Shown one piece after another: positions 27,501 through 41,314 of a stretch of DNA of 64,000 nucleotides. The notes beneath the pieces were generated by a model. It was given only the letters and a program-made list of their open reading frames with translations, did not search any database and was not told the origin of the DNA. The DNA is from Raillietiella orientalis (lineage: Eukaryota). The position numbers were made by a program, and so were the translations under genes. Each line of letters begins with the position of its first letter. The stretch's first letter is position 1. The stretch spans positions 1 through 64,000 of the forward strand of contig JAYWIR010000075.1 of the NCBI GenBank assembly GCA_036172245.1. Direction: 5' to 3'.

Positions 27501-30500
27501 CCATTTAATGGGTACAAAACAAACGGGATGTCAAATAGAGCAGCATATTTTGGGCAACTGATTCTACAGAAACATAAATTTCCATTACTCAATGACCAAA
27601 CTTTATGATTTTTTTTTTCCTTAAAGGTTTCTGTATTTCTCAAAGCACAAATGCGCATCAAATAGTATTCAAATGTCTAAAATGAACGTCTTAATAGTAT
27701 CTGGCAGTCTCAAGCTGTTAATGATACATGAAACATAATTTGCAAAATTGACCATCACATTCCGAAACCTCTAGTTTTACAAAATATAAATAAATACAAC
27801 TGCTCACAAGAAACACATCAGTAACTGAAAACAAGCAATGAATGGACTTAGCATTGGACTTAACATTAGGTCTACTACATTGAATACTTTCTGGTAAATT
27901 AAATGTTATTGGAAATTGTACCACATAAACATGCTTAATGCCTTTATAAATTTGGAATGCAGTTTAATGTACAGTGAGAAGAAATAACAAATCCAAACTT
28001 ACTTGAGGTAGACAAAGGATGTGCCAATATTGATTTGCAGCCATAAAAAAATATCTTTTGCAGACTTTTATTTTTCACATTCTTGAGAACAGGTGAGCTA
28101 CATAGCAACATAAATTTTTCACATTGGTCTTCTAATTTTTTCATGTTCATACTCTAATTGAAAATTGGACATAAATAGGATTCATACTAGGGAAACAAAA
28201 ATATGCAAAGTGCATGCTTGGAACAATCATTAAAGTACTTTGCATTAATTTTTTGGTTGATAAAATTTTTTAATAATGTTTAGATTTTAAATAGTAGACA
28301 TACTGGGTTAATATCCTATGCAATTCAGAATACATTACATTCATGGAATTAAGACTTAATTTATCTGCACAAATGAAAAACACAGAGCATGATGACAAAC
28401 TAAATGGGCTCCACTGTCTAAACAATGGATACTTCCTAGAAAGCAAATTACTAAAGCATTTATTAATTTGCTTAGTCTCATAACATTTCTAAAATGAAGA
28501 ATTCTATTTGAAATGTCAAATATTGGATCACATTTTGAAAAACCAGTTCATGAGACATTTTCATAATCTGACAGTAGTTTGCATACGTAAAGTATAAAAT
28601 CTATTTTCCTGATTTTCAACTGAAAACTTCTGAAAATGACGGTTTTGATATGACAGCACATAATAAATTTGCATATAATGCTTCTATTTTGATAATGTAA
28701 TATACACCACCATCCTCTATGCATCACAACAGCAATTAAGACTCGATAGGACTTAATTCAGAATAGATATATGTGATAAAGATTTTTGAATAATTTAATA
28801 ATTTTTAAAATGGCATTTTGAGGAAGACAAACATATAAGATGTTGCTTATGTTGTGAAACAAGTTTCTTATAAAAACTGGTTTTGTGATTTCAACTACAA
28901 AACAAATTATAATTTGATAATAATTTGTTAAATTCAGTATATTTTCATGACTAAAGTTCAAGGCTATAAAATGGAAACTCTTCATTGTGAAAAAAAAAAA
29001 AAAAAAAACATGTGATAAACACGCATCTGACATAAAATTTTTTTGATATATGTTTAATTCCAGTACAGCAAAAGTATTTCAACATATGTAATCCAAATTA
29101 TGCATTTACATAGTAAAAATTCTCATTTATGATGTTAACGAAACATACAGTAACGAAAAACTAATGTGCAAGAGTTAAATAATCATTCATGTTTAAATTC
29201 CTAAAGAGGGCAAAATGTATCAATGATCATAAAACCTAATGCCCACTTCATAAAAAAACTATGTAATCTGATGAAATCCGTCTAACAGAACTGCAATGCT
29301 AGTTAGAAACATGCTTTGTTAAAAATAATAGTTTTTACCTTTGTGCACACCACAAAACAAAGTTTGGACAAAAACACCACATAATATTTAAGCACAGAAG
29401 AAAACTGAGGATAAATTTTCAATCTTGCACTTGCACCAGTAATTTTAGGACTGTTTTCCACTTCAGAATCTGCTTCATATCCATCACAAAGACACAAATA
29501 TTCAGAGCTTTCCCAGTCAGAAAAATCACAGATCTCATCATAAAGAGTTCCAGCATTGTTGATCATCTCAAATCAGAGAAAAATGAAATAATAAATTTCA
29601 AAGGTTAATGAAAACAGTGAGCTGCATTATAAAACACTTACAGGATTATTGCTACATGTATTTCCATTCAAATGAATGGAACTGATATTCAATAATATAT
29701 CACATATTAAGCATATTTCATCATCACACATATCACAAGCAAGTAATGATCTGAATACAACAAAGGGCTTTGAAAAATCTGAAATAAACATAGCATGAAC
29801 TTTTGCTATTAATTTTTTTTTTTGCCTTCTAAATCCATCTTGAAACTCTGTTGAGACAAAAGTAGCAGTAATATGCACAATATATAATAAAATGATTTTA
29901 AAAGTGGTAGATCTTTTGTGAAACCTAAAATTCACATCATTCAGCTTCATTATTCATTCAATAGTGAGGATACTCATACCTGGAGATCTGAGGTTAACAA
30001 CTTCTTCAAGGGCTTTGATCAACCACCGACAATGCTGAATTATTGATGACTTTTTGAGTAGGTCATGTTCAACATGAAATAACAATATAACTTTAGCTTC
30101 AATTAACCAAAGAATATTCAACACATTCAAGTGTGAAAGAAGTTGAATATACTTTAAATTGGTAGTATTGAATTCCTTTGCATAAGCATATTCTTCAGAC
30201 CATTTCTTACAATGCTGTGTTGTACTTCTAAAACTATGCAAAGTGGTGATCCAGTCACTCAGTTTTGTTATGAATCCAGTTGTAATTTCTTTCAGGCATT
30301 CAGTGAAAAAAAAAAAGCAACTTTGAAAAAAATAGCAACCGAGGTTTCCCTTGAAGATATCACTTTCATTACGAGTACAAAAAACTGCACGACTTTCCCT
30401 GTTTGTTACCATCAGCATGATCTCAAAACATGACAACACTGAATTGGGTATCTGCTGAAAACTCATTAATTTTTTTAGTAGACTAAGGTGATCAGAAGTA

Positions 30501-32667
30501 ACAAAATGATGAGTAATAGGCTGCAATTTCATCAGACTAGATAAGCCTTTGAACAAATATGCGATTTTGCACAAACTCCAGATGTTCTCCAAATTGCTAT
30601 AAACACTCAAGTGATTTACTAAAGGAAGAATTACATGTAGATATAAAGCAATTTTTAAGAAGATGCTGCTTTCAGAACAAAGCTTACATGCATGACGAAT
30701 AAAAAATAATGAAGATTCGCCTAAATTAATACACATGTTAAATAAAAACTTGATTCCATTCCACTTCTGATGTGAAATTCTGTACAAATAATAATTAACT
30801 GCTTTATGAATTATGGATTTGAGGCTCAGCGTTCTTGCAGTTTTCAAATTTAATTCATTATGTACATTATCTTCTAGGATATAATGCATGTTTAAGTTGT
30901 GCTCTAGTTCCAATGCACATATTGAACAATCCACAGTTTTGGAATTGTAGGCACCCAAATTTGCAAAAATATTTTGTTCCAAAAATAGCAGACAAGTGGA
31001 CTTTAGTGGTGGTTTAGTGTGCAAGTACATAGCTTTAAATGCAACCTCTGGATGTAAACAGCAGCAAATTCCACATTGGGTGATTTCGGTTAACAAAAAT
31101 GATGCCTTAGGAATTTCCAAGCAAGCATAGACTTCAAGCAAAATTTCATTTAAAAATGCAACTATGCAAACATTATTAAACATATTTGGCTTTCCAGCTG
31201 TTTTTGATGATTTCAAGATCTCATGATGATGAGGATCATATCTATGATAGGAACACTTCCTATGGTTTCTTTTATCACAAGTGCAAAGATGAAGATAGAT
31301 GCATTTAAGAAACTTAAGGGAGGAAATACTTTTACAAAACACCTTAACAACCAAATAAAAAATATCTGTTTCTCCGATAAATGCCTGGTCAAACACTGAC
31401 CTAGGGTTTGCATCTTCAAAAACATCTTTATACAAATTGAAAGCAGCAATTACTTGAGTGACAGTAGAAACCTGCTTGCTGAATTTTTCCAAGAAAGTCC
31501 ATACAACTAAACAAATTGAGATTTTCACATCTATGTATTCCAAAGGTCCATCCACTAACATGAATGGCACAGTGATTACTGAATTCAGATTGTTCAACAT
31601 GTTTAACAATAACAATACCAGCTCTGGAAACAAGATGTGAAGTGTCTCATCACTCTGATCTAGGATACACAAAATGCAGTGATATATCAAGGATAAAAGG
31701 GGGATAAATAAAAATTGAAGTGCTTGGGTTTTTCTATGGATAAGCATAGTAGATAATTTAATAACAATAAAAATTAACTGAAAAAAATTTTCTTTATGTG
31801 AGATCTCAAAGTTTGCTTCTGACTCATAAACTTTCTTTACAACTGATAATAAAATGCAGTACAGCTCCAATTTATTTATGGCATTACATCCAACAATTTC
31901 AGTAACTTTCAAACACATGTAATCCAAAAAGTCATAACAGTCCTCATCTGATTCCAATTTGTTTTGTGCTTCTCTTGAGATTTCATGGAAAATGGCATAT
32001 CTGCTATCCATTTTTTCTGTGTTTTGTGTGTTTCCTGTTTCAGAAAAAAATGAATTACATGCCAGTTCATAGTCATATAGAACAATATTTTTGATGAACC
32101 ATGGGTGTATGTCCATTTCATGAACGAAATCTGTATTTTTCCAGATAAGAATGAATATTAACTGAAGACTTTTTTCAACACCATCAAGATTTAATAAGTT
32201 CTAAAATAATAAGCACAGATTAGTGTCAAATGCAAAGTTTCATCATATACAAATTCTGTATTTCATTCGACTCTCGAAAACCATGTTTTACTATGTTTGC
32301 ATTAAGTTTCTGAGGAGAATATGTATAATCAATTCAAAGGGCAGTATATAAATTATGTACATCAACAAACATTTTGTATGCAAACACAACATATAACAGA
32401 TTTTGTTTTCTTTAAAAGTTCAGATAGTGGAATATCTCACTTGGACATACAACTGTATATAAACTCACATGAACTGACCTCAAAATAAATATGCTTTAAA
32501 ATAATAAGAAACTTCCATCCTCTGTGTCTTATAAGATACTGAATCAAGTTTTCAGTAATGTTACTTTTCTGCTGATTTAGAATATTCGAAATATCTTCCG
32601 AAAAGGTTTTGATGATGTAGTTCGTCAAAAAATGCATACTTCTGTAATCACTACATACGTTACTCAT
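14585..32667 (-). CDS. LYST: Lysosomal trafficking regulator (Chediak-Higashi protein), multi-exon gene; span runs from ATG to stop including introns
   Basis: N-terminal [14 protein letters not shown]; about 2.2-kb exon with [12 protein letters not shown] and [32 protein letters not shown] and WD40 domains; last exon ..LQIWKG..RVIV then TAA at 14587-14585; GT-AG introns, many only about 40-60 nt. Full exon map not resolved. Confidence 0.92.
15710..19330 (-). other. LYST: LYST PH-BEACH domain exons
   Basis: [69 protein letters not shown]. Confidence 0.93.
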
Positions 32668-33379
32668 CAGACTGCATACACTAAACGTAAGCTTTCTTTC
32701 CTCTTATATAAAAGTGATTAAGAGATTTACTTGCATTATATTGGCACAAAAAACAAATCCTGTTTAGAATCTCACGGCGATTTTTCATTTCATGCACTCT
32801 GCATAAGCACCGAAATTCCTATGCCGACCACCAAAGATATGAGATAACGGCGTTTACATGAACAGTTTACGTGAAGTTTTCCTGAACTAGAACGTGGTGT
32901 GTTCCTAAGAAAAACATGGGCTTCTCGACTAAATGTTAACGAACATGCGTGCGAGGCTCTTGACAGGAAAAAAAAAAGAAAGTCTGGGTTCACCACACCT
33001 TCCTGGGAGTGCCTGGCACTTGACTTTTTCAGAACGAACGAGTAGAACTTCCGTGGTTTCAGAAGTACTGAAGCAGTCCGTTTATCTCGCAAGGAAAACC
33101 TTCTCAATGCCACAATCTGAGAGTTAATGTATCGAAACCTAACCGGTGGACGTTAGTTCTGGTTCCTTCTTCGTTCGAGCCTGTTATCTGGAGCACAGCA
33201 TGCATAGGGAACTGGAAACACACCGTACTCGGAAGTGGTGCTCGTACTAATAAGCGGAGAGTTCCTTTCCACACACGTTTTTGTGTTGCAATCACCACAA
33301 CGATTGCTTTTTTTTTTCTTTTTCTTTTTACAGCCTTTCTACAATTCCATTCCCCAGTATTTTCTCGTATTGATGCATC

Positions 33380-33560
33380 GCTTCCTTATGCAAGAAGCTT
33401 TCGCGAGGGAGAAAGCACTGCGCAGTCGCGGGCGTGGCGGGAAAAACTCTGTCGCAGCTCTCCGTTCCACGGGAAAGCTCCGACCACCGTAACTTTCACT
33501 TTTACGAAGCGCACTTCGCGGATTGCTTTCAAACGCAACGATCGGTTTTTATCGTTGCGA
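33380..33560. promoter_or_regulatory. Probable promoter region upstream of LYST (possibly bidirectional)
   Basis: Local CpG/GC-rich patch in AT-rich DNA about 0.8 kb upstream of the LYST ATG; GGGCGTGG GC-box-like and GGCGGGAAA E2F-like words. Confidence 0.35.
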
Positions 33561-34304
33561 TTTAGCTCTTTATTTCCATACGTGGGTGCATCAGACATCA
33601 TTCTTATTTATAAGGATTAGTTATAAAAAAAATTTTATGCACAACTCCTCTTCGTGATGGTTTCAGAAGTCATATTCCATAACAGAAACGGAAAAGCACG
33701 ACCCCCGTCATAGTGACCCAATAGTGTTAATATGAGGAGGAATTATTTCAGCCCTCTAAAAAAAAGTCTACTGGATAACTGAATTTTCGGGAAAAAAACG
33801 AAAACTGATTCACCACTACATTACATGAGATGTGGGAGAGCAGAATGTGAGAACGGAATTTTGTATGTATAAAAGGTCTTTCATCTCTAGATTGGGAGCT
33901 AATCAAACAACTTCACAATCTGAAATCAGATGCTTATTCGTAAAAGTTTTATGCCAGCCATAATCACGCCCCCGCAGGGATCTTTGGCTGCGATTCTGTC
34001 CGCAGAGCTCAAAGTCAGTCGTCTCAAAGTCTTTCAGTTCTGTTCGATAGGTTGAGCATTTACAGGAACGGAAAACGGTTTGATTGCTTGGGACTTATAG
34101 GTAAGGCTGCAATGTTTTGTCAAGTAAAGAACTTTTCAAAAGCAATCCTCCGCTAATTTCTGGTTATTTTTGGTTATTGACAGATGCGTCCACATCTGGC
34201 TCTGCATCCTTTACTCCAATGCAGCTCGTAGAATCTCGGTGATACTTACTCGATGATTAGGGGAGCGCAGGAAGTTTCCGGAAGAATTCCGTGTTGGTTG
34301 TTGT

Positions 34305-36664
34305 TTATTACCCGGTTGCGCCGGGACGTTTATTTATAATATCATCTGGGAACTGTGTCCCCAGGCAAGGGAAACAGAAGAAGGGGAGTAGATTTCCCGG
34401 AACGCAGGCCGAGCACACTGAGAGTTCGAAACGGGAGGGGGTGGGACAATAAATAAAAAAATTGGGTGGGAGGGCGGGGACAGGGGTATGCAGTTTAACC
34501 GTTCCTATTCTCAGAACCGGCGGTGAATGCCGCCGATCTCCGTCCTCACTTCTGCTCCCAGATGTGGCCACCCGGCAGCCATTGGCAGGTTGCAGGCTGC
34601 GGTGTCGGGGACCGATGTTGGGACCGCTCGCATCTGCAATACGTGGTGGGCCCTGACAATGGCGCGGACGCAGCAGATGCTTGCGACGACCGCTCCAAGA
34701 GAAAGACCGCCACGCGTGTAGAAGCGGCGCATCCAATCCAGTGCGGTGTGTTCAGGGTGCAGGAGCGCTGAAGACAGCTGCCGCCACAGCTCCTGGAGGG
34801 CACCGCACTCAAACAGAAAATGCGGAAGCGATTCCATCGCTCCGCATTGAGCACAGTTCGGGGAAGCAACTCCCCCGGAAATCAGGTGCGCCTACTGGTT
34901 GCAGTACAAATCCCAATGCACCAGCAGAAAAGCGTCCTGTTTCCTCCGAAGGGGAAACACAGTCGCGTCCAAGCACGCAGAAGGGACCACAAGTTCTTCG
35001 ATGGGCACCCCGAGGAGCTCGCTCAACCGGAAAAGTCCCTTGGCATGAAGGCGAGGCGTGGCAGCGTCTGCCAGCTCGCAAGTCCTCCAGCCGCCCAGAA
35101 GTCGGGTTTCGCCTGCGATTTCGCAAGCGACCTCCCAACTCGCCGGCAGGTCAGTGTCGTCTCGCACCATCAATGCAGACAGTGCTAGGGGCGTGGCGGC
35201 TAGGCGTGTCCACTGGTCCTGGTCTTCAAGCACCTCCCTCACTGGACAGTATGGGGAAAGTTTCACGCAACGGAGTTCCAAACGGGACACATCCTGTTGC
35301 GCTGCCCAGAACGATAAGGCTTCCTGCCTCCAGGCGTTGAAGTTCGTCGGCCGGCAGGAGATTCACTCATGCTTTCCCAGAAGCGTGGCGAGCTGCTTCA
35401 AAGGGAAGCCGAATCCTCTCTGGGCGCGTTCCGTGCGCAGATGCAACGAACATAGTCCGTCGCCACCCGTGCAGCGCCGCAGCAGCAGCCGCGCTGGAGC
35501 ACACCAGGGAGTAGTCCAGAGCTGCGCACAAAGTGCCAGCATGCGGAACTGCACTAGCAGTCCGATCCGCTCCAGCGTCAGCATGCCCAATCCTGCATCC
35601 CGCCGAGGAGCCGCCAAGTCCTTCAGGCGTATCCTGGACCTCGCCGGTCCCCACAGGGCGTTACGCAAAAGGCGTTGCGCCCGGCGCTTAGCCGAGTAGG
35701 GAGGGGGACAAACAAAAAAGAGGGGACGGAGGAGGGGGGCAACGAAAATGTTCCACACGAAGGCCCGTTTCGACAGGAGAAACCTGCCGCCTTGGAACGG
35801 TCCCAGAGCAGTCTCGGCCTTGTGAAGGCAGTCCGACCACGCTTATGCTGGACAGAAGGCGCCCAAGGGAACGCCGAGGTACTTTAAGCACCTGCCCGTG
35901 GGGATCCCCAGGCGGATCCAGTCGGACTGCCCTCCCACGTAGAGCCAACCGGTACAACGGTTGATTTCCTTCTGTTGACGCCCAGGCCCGCTCCCCGACG
36001 AATGAGCTCGAGGAAGTCTTCGAGCCTGGACGCCGGGATGGACATGGGCAGCAGCAGGAGAAGGTCGTCAGCATAGGCGGCCACGGCTGGAGTTCCCGGA
36101 CAGAAGCTCGGCAGGTTGGACAGCGTCAGCCTGTACGCCCTCAGCACCAACTCAAAGAAGATGCTGAAGAGCAGGGGGCTTAAGCTGTCTCCCTGCCTGA
36201 TATTCCGCCGTATGGGGACGCCGTACACGTGGCACACGCTGGAAGAGATACAGCATAACGCGTGGCGCCAGCAGGAGCGCAAGTAGGCGATGAGGTGCGT
36301 CGGGAGGCCTAGGCGTCCCAGAAGCTCCAGAAGGAGGTCCTGGTTTACGCTGTCGAACGCTTTGCAGAGATCGACGGCGACCGCTTAGGCTCCCGGCGTT
36401 CCATCGTGCCTTGAACTTCGCCGCTTACCTTTGGCAGCGGCGATTTAGGCTGCCTGGCTCTGCTGCGCCACGCGCTGCTGCAACTCGAACCATGTTCGCG
36501 CGAAGAAGAGATTCGCGTCCATGGACCGCCCCGGAACAGCATACTTATGCTCCGGATTTACCAAGGACTCCGCGATTCTCTCCAGCCGCGCGACCCATAG
36601 CTTCGAGAACAACTTGACGTCCGAATTCACCAAGGTGATCGGACGCCAGTTGCTGAGGTGGCGC
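34305..36664 (-). mobile_element. 5'-truncated LINE family E copy (E2)
   Basis: Highly similar to 4166-6531, sharing some lesions such as the LYCNQ-stop; 3' hairpin at 34311-34325. Confidence 0.95.
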
Positions 36665-36705
36665 CGTCGTCGAACGCATTCCCGATGTTGCCGAACGCTG
36701 CCAGA
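36665..36705 (+). mobile_element. 41-bp piece of family A ORF1 at the 5' junction of E2
   Basis: 40/41 identical to 44570-44610 (VVERxPDVAERCQ). Confidence 0.85.
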
Positions 36706-38194
36706 TGTGTAGGCGCATCGGTTTTCGTGGTAGGAAGATTTTCTGGTGGCAGTGTAAGTAAAGTGCTGCAGATTCAGTTTTGGTTTGGAAAATGGGATGT
36801 GAACCCGCTGAATGTGCGAATCCTGCAGTCGTGGCGCAGTCAGGCATCGAAGCGTACTACTAGTTGTGGACGGAAAATGTTTGAAGGTTAAAAGAAAGTA
36901 CGATTAGCACTGTGATGGGAGTGGCAAAGTAAGTACTTGAGTATGCGTTTCAGTTGTTGGGTAAATCGGGGAACCCTCGAGTATCCCACTTCTTGTTATT
37001 CGTGTAATTGACTTGGAATAAACGATGCACATGTGGGAATCCTTGATCAATCAGCTGGATTGCTGATCTGGTTAAGTTTAAATGGACACTCCCTTATCTG
37101 AAATGCTGCTTTCTTTCAGAGTCCGGAAAAGTAATGGAGTTTGGAATGAATAATTTTCAAAGTCAATGTTTAGTCTCATAGCACCAGTTGGTATGATGGA
37201 AATTCTAGACGGAAGAGTAAACGGATAGGAAAAGAAGAGATGACTCAGATAGAATGGTTATTTTAATTGCATCGTTCAGGACGACCTGGGCAGTTAAGCG
37301 TGTTTGGGTTGTGAGACTTTCGAACACTCATTAAAGTGCTGAGAATTCCCGTGTTTTCGTTGATCTGATGTGTTGGCAGAGCATGGCTTGCTGTGTACAG
37401 AGGGTGTGCAGTCCTTAGATGCATATTATGTGGACATGTTGTCTAATCTGCACTTACCTGAGTAGTGTAGTTCATGATTGTTCCTGATCCTTTGACAGAA
37501 GTAGAACTGCGTTTTTGCACTGGTCTCTGGAAAATGTCACATCACATCCTCAAAATGAAATGCCAGATGCTGTTGTCTTGAAGAGAGCATTCACCTGCAA
37601 AATGCTCCAGTATGAGAGAAGCTTGCAACAGTTAGAAGAAATGTGGGTGCTGTAGGCATTAGGTTTTGGTTTTGAACTTTTCATGTGGAAGTTTATTGAA
37701 CAGTTTTTGTGTTTGCTTTTATCAAAGTATGCAATTTATAATGTAAATTACTCAGTGTGGTAGATCACTTTTGATTGATAAGGAAGTGCACTGCATGCAG
37801 CATATTGTACCATGATGTCTGTTGGCTGAGGGTGACAAGAGGAAGGTGAGAATTGATGACTGGTTGCAGGAGTTCTTGCAGCAGAGGACTGCTGTATGAT
37901 GAATTATCTATAATATAGATAATTCTACGTGGTAATTTCCTGTCAGGATCAGAGGGGACGTGGGAATTGATGTATTGATTCGAGTATTTTGTTTGAAATC
38001 CCACAGCTTGGTATGTATGGAAAGTTCATAGGAGTTGGTATCCTTGCATGCACTTAATCTGCATTCTGTATTTAGTCTAATGATGCATAATAATGTTGTG
38101 GTTCACTCAAGCCCTGAAGGAGTATTGACAGAAAGATGTGATCGATTGCTCAATACTGGCTTTGCTTTTTCTAGCCTGAATATAAGAATTTAAG

Positions 38195-38425
38195 CGTAAG
38201 CCGAGACTGCAGGCGTACAGGGACAATCGCACGGCAGGTGCGCCAGAGTCTCCCTGTACGCTCTCAGCACCAATTCGACAGAGGCTCTGAAGAACAAGCG
38301 GCTCAGGCTGTGTCCCTGCCGTATGCCGCGTCGCACCAGTACGCCGTGTACGGTATGCCCGCTGAAAAAACGTTACTAACGCGCCACAGCAGCCGTCCAG
38401 CTGAGATCGGTTCGATCTCCCGGGC
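38195..38425 (-). mobile_element. Degraded RT fragment (X), outermost visible layer of the right cluster
   Basis: Reads GIRQGHSLSRL..ELVLRAYRETLAHLP..TPAVSAYA on the minus strand. Confidence 0.75.
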
Positions 38426-38430
38426 TCGTA

Positions 38431-41314
38431 CAGTGCAGACGTGTTTTCCCGTCTCTCCATGCCCGCGATCGAGCATCTTTGTGCCTGCGTTTTCGCCCGC
38501 ACTTTTGTGTTTCTGTGAAGTAGTTAAAGCAGCGTTGTGCAACATGGCCAATTCTCAGAATAGTGTGGAGGAGCAAGCCACTAAATCCACTTCCAATGGA
38601 CTGGAAGCGGCCGCATCCTCCGTGACGGTTTCCTCGCCTTCGGTGAGGAGCTACGCCGCCGTTACCTCCCAAAGACCAGGACCCTGCGATGCGGAGTTGC
38701 AGGCTTATGTGGCATCCGGCTACATGCCCGCACTCCGTTATAAGGTCAGTGGGCCCCTTAACGGGAGGACCGGGCGTGAGCTCAACGATGAGCTCGTCCG
38801 GATCGGCGTTCGGGAGGAGGAGCTCCTTGCCATCATGCCTGCGGGCAGGATGGAATACACAAAGATACGGTGCAAAAACGCGGCACTTGTGCAGCGTCTT
38901 CGTACTCCGTTGTCCATCGGTGGCAAGGAAGTCCTGCCTTCCGTGATGGACGACTCGTTTGTCGTCCAATTGTGCGACATCGAGCCGGAAATCTCCGACC
39001 GCGATGTCGCAAGCTGCTGGCGAAGTTCGCCACCGTGCACGCTCTGTGGAAGACACCAAATTCTCTAAGGGATTTCCCCTCTGTCTACATTGGACAAGCC
39101 TCCGCGCGGATCACCGTCGCGAACAGGCGTGTTGTGCCTGAGCAGCTGCAGGTGAACGGCACAGTCGTTCACCTGTGGTTCATAGGCCAGACTCGCGCGT
39201 GCGAGCAGTGCGGCAAGGAAGGGCCAAGAATTAAGGAATGTCCCACCCCGAAATGCCGCTACTGCAAAGAAACCGAGCACGAAATCAAAAAGTACCCGGT
39301 ACTTGCGAAAAAAAGGGCAGCAGCGGAACTTCGTCGAGTCCAAGAGACCGAAGCACGAAAAGCCGCTGCACCCAAGAAAAAACCCGGTTCGCGGAGACTT
39401 GGCAGAAGAGCCAAGCAATACGCGACTAGGAAGCAAGCATTCCTGCTCGTAACGCTCCGAAAGGGCGAGATCACGGCAGGGAAGCCAATTAAAAAAGGGC
39501 GCGAATGTGCGACGCTTGTCATCCCCGCCGTCGCTGCCGAACTCGGGAGCACCTCCGAGACGAGAGTCAGAAAATCTCTGGAAAAACCTAGACCAAAAGG
39601 TAGGCAAGCAGGAAGATCGCAACAGGGCGAGCACTTCCTGAGCCATTCCGTTGTTCCTCCAGAGTTCCCCAGAGCCCCAATGTAATTCAGGGCCCTCTGC
39701 GAAGGCTACAAACGCCGTAAAATGCAGCGGCGCATTGCGCAAGAGCACTCTGCAGGCAGTCGCCCCAACGCCGACTCGGAAGCAACTGAGCAATCTCTCG
39801 ACTGCCAAGAAGGTGAATCCGTTGCAGTCTTTCGAAGGCGTAACGAAAGCAACGCCCTAGAGGCTGCAATGGAAACCGCGGAGGTTTCCGCGACTTCTGA
39901 CACGGAAGCCTCCGAAAATCGTGAAGGCTAATGGAAGGTTGTGGAGAGGAGAAAAGAAAAATTTCCAAACAAAGGTTCGCAATCTCCATCCCTGAGTCCT
40001 TCCAAGGCAAAGAACAGTCGTGTGAATAGAAAAACACGCGCGGCGGGTCCCTCTGTCTTGCATAAAGCCAGCGCCGTCGACGCGTGCAAGTCCGCCTCCG
40101 TAACCGCCGAACAGACGCGATCAGGTGGAAGCAGACGCACGATGATCGCGCGAGCATCAGACTCCGTAAAGGAGTCCGATAACGCAGCTGAACGACGCGT
40201 TACTCGCGCCGGAGCCAGCGCCCGCAGGGCTGAAGCCCTCAGGCGTGGCACACTCGCGGTGGAACGGCTAGTGCTAACCCTCGAACCAACAGGTTCTGCA
40301 CCCGGGGAGGAGCACTCAATTACGCGCAGCACGGTGGAGGCCGGTGCCGACCGCACCCTCCAGCCCGTCGTGCTGCTTACTGCCCGCTCGCCGGGTGAGA
40401 CGAGCACCACGGCCTTGCTTTCCCAGCCGTGATGAGGCAATCGCGTCTTCTCGTCGTGTTGCCGTGGCGTGCTGGAACGTCAACGGTCTCCAACACGACG
40501 AGAAGAGGCGACTAGGGGCTAACGCTCTCAACGCCTTCGACTTGACGCTCCTGCAGGAGATTCACAGCATCTCCGACGAGCAGGCTGCGAGATCGAACGG
40601 CGCGCGGGCGGAAGGCTACATTATAGGTGCAGCGTCGCACGTACGTGTGGCGTCGCTTTCCTCGTACGAGGAACTTTGGTGGGAGCGGTGCGCAGAGTTA
40701 GCTTCGACACGGAAGGCCGAGTGGGACAGCTTGTACGCAAGTGGTTCGACTCGATCGACCTTGTCGTAACGAACGTGTACACGCCGAGCGGCGCTGGGCA
40801 ATGGGCAGAAAGGATTGAGTTCCTCGGTACCGTTCGGAGCCAGTGGCTCACTCGTTCTCACTCTACTGTGGCGTATCTCATTGCGCGGGACTTTAACGTC
40901 CATCTGCTGACCGAGAATAGCGCACACAAAAGGGAAAAGTTGCTAGCGGAAGAGATGTGCGCGTCCGTGCACGCGTGCCACTTGTTCGCTAACGACCCTG
41001 ATATGGCGACGTCGCCGGACCATGTTTTCCTTGATGAACACTTGCACTGTCGAGTGAGTCGGAGAGGTCCCATGCCGTGCGTGCTTTCCGAACATAGCAG
41101 GCTCGAGTTTGAGTTGCTCCTTCCAGGCAAGGGGCCTTCAAACTGTGTATGGAGGATGCCGGCAGACTGGCTTAGCCGCCCGCAGGCAACGGAGCATTTT
41201 CGCCAGTACCTCCGCGGGTTCGCCACAGGTGTACTCTCGGACTAAGACGATCTGGAAAGATCGGTCAGCGAGTTCTGCTGCCGCTTTCCCTTGCACCAGC
41301 TTCCGCGAGGCTTT
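38431..41314 (+). mobile_element. LINE family D, 5' end, ORF1 (ATG 38544, disrupted) and endonuclease part of ORF2
   Basis: AGACGTGTTTT at 38437; RSYAAV; CEQCGKEG; TGATG at 40430; WNVNGL; cut by B' at about 41315. Confidence 0.88.

Noticed and set aside
27470..28150. Short minus-strand ORFs in a LYST intron, vaguely BTB/BACK-like
   Set aside because: Fragmented, with no motif I can support; could be intron sequence or unrecognised exons.
32790..33113. 107-aa ORF upstream of LYST as a separate gene or first exon
   Set aside because: No recognisable similarity, and LYST homology begins at the ATG at 32667.
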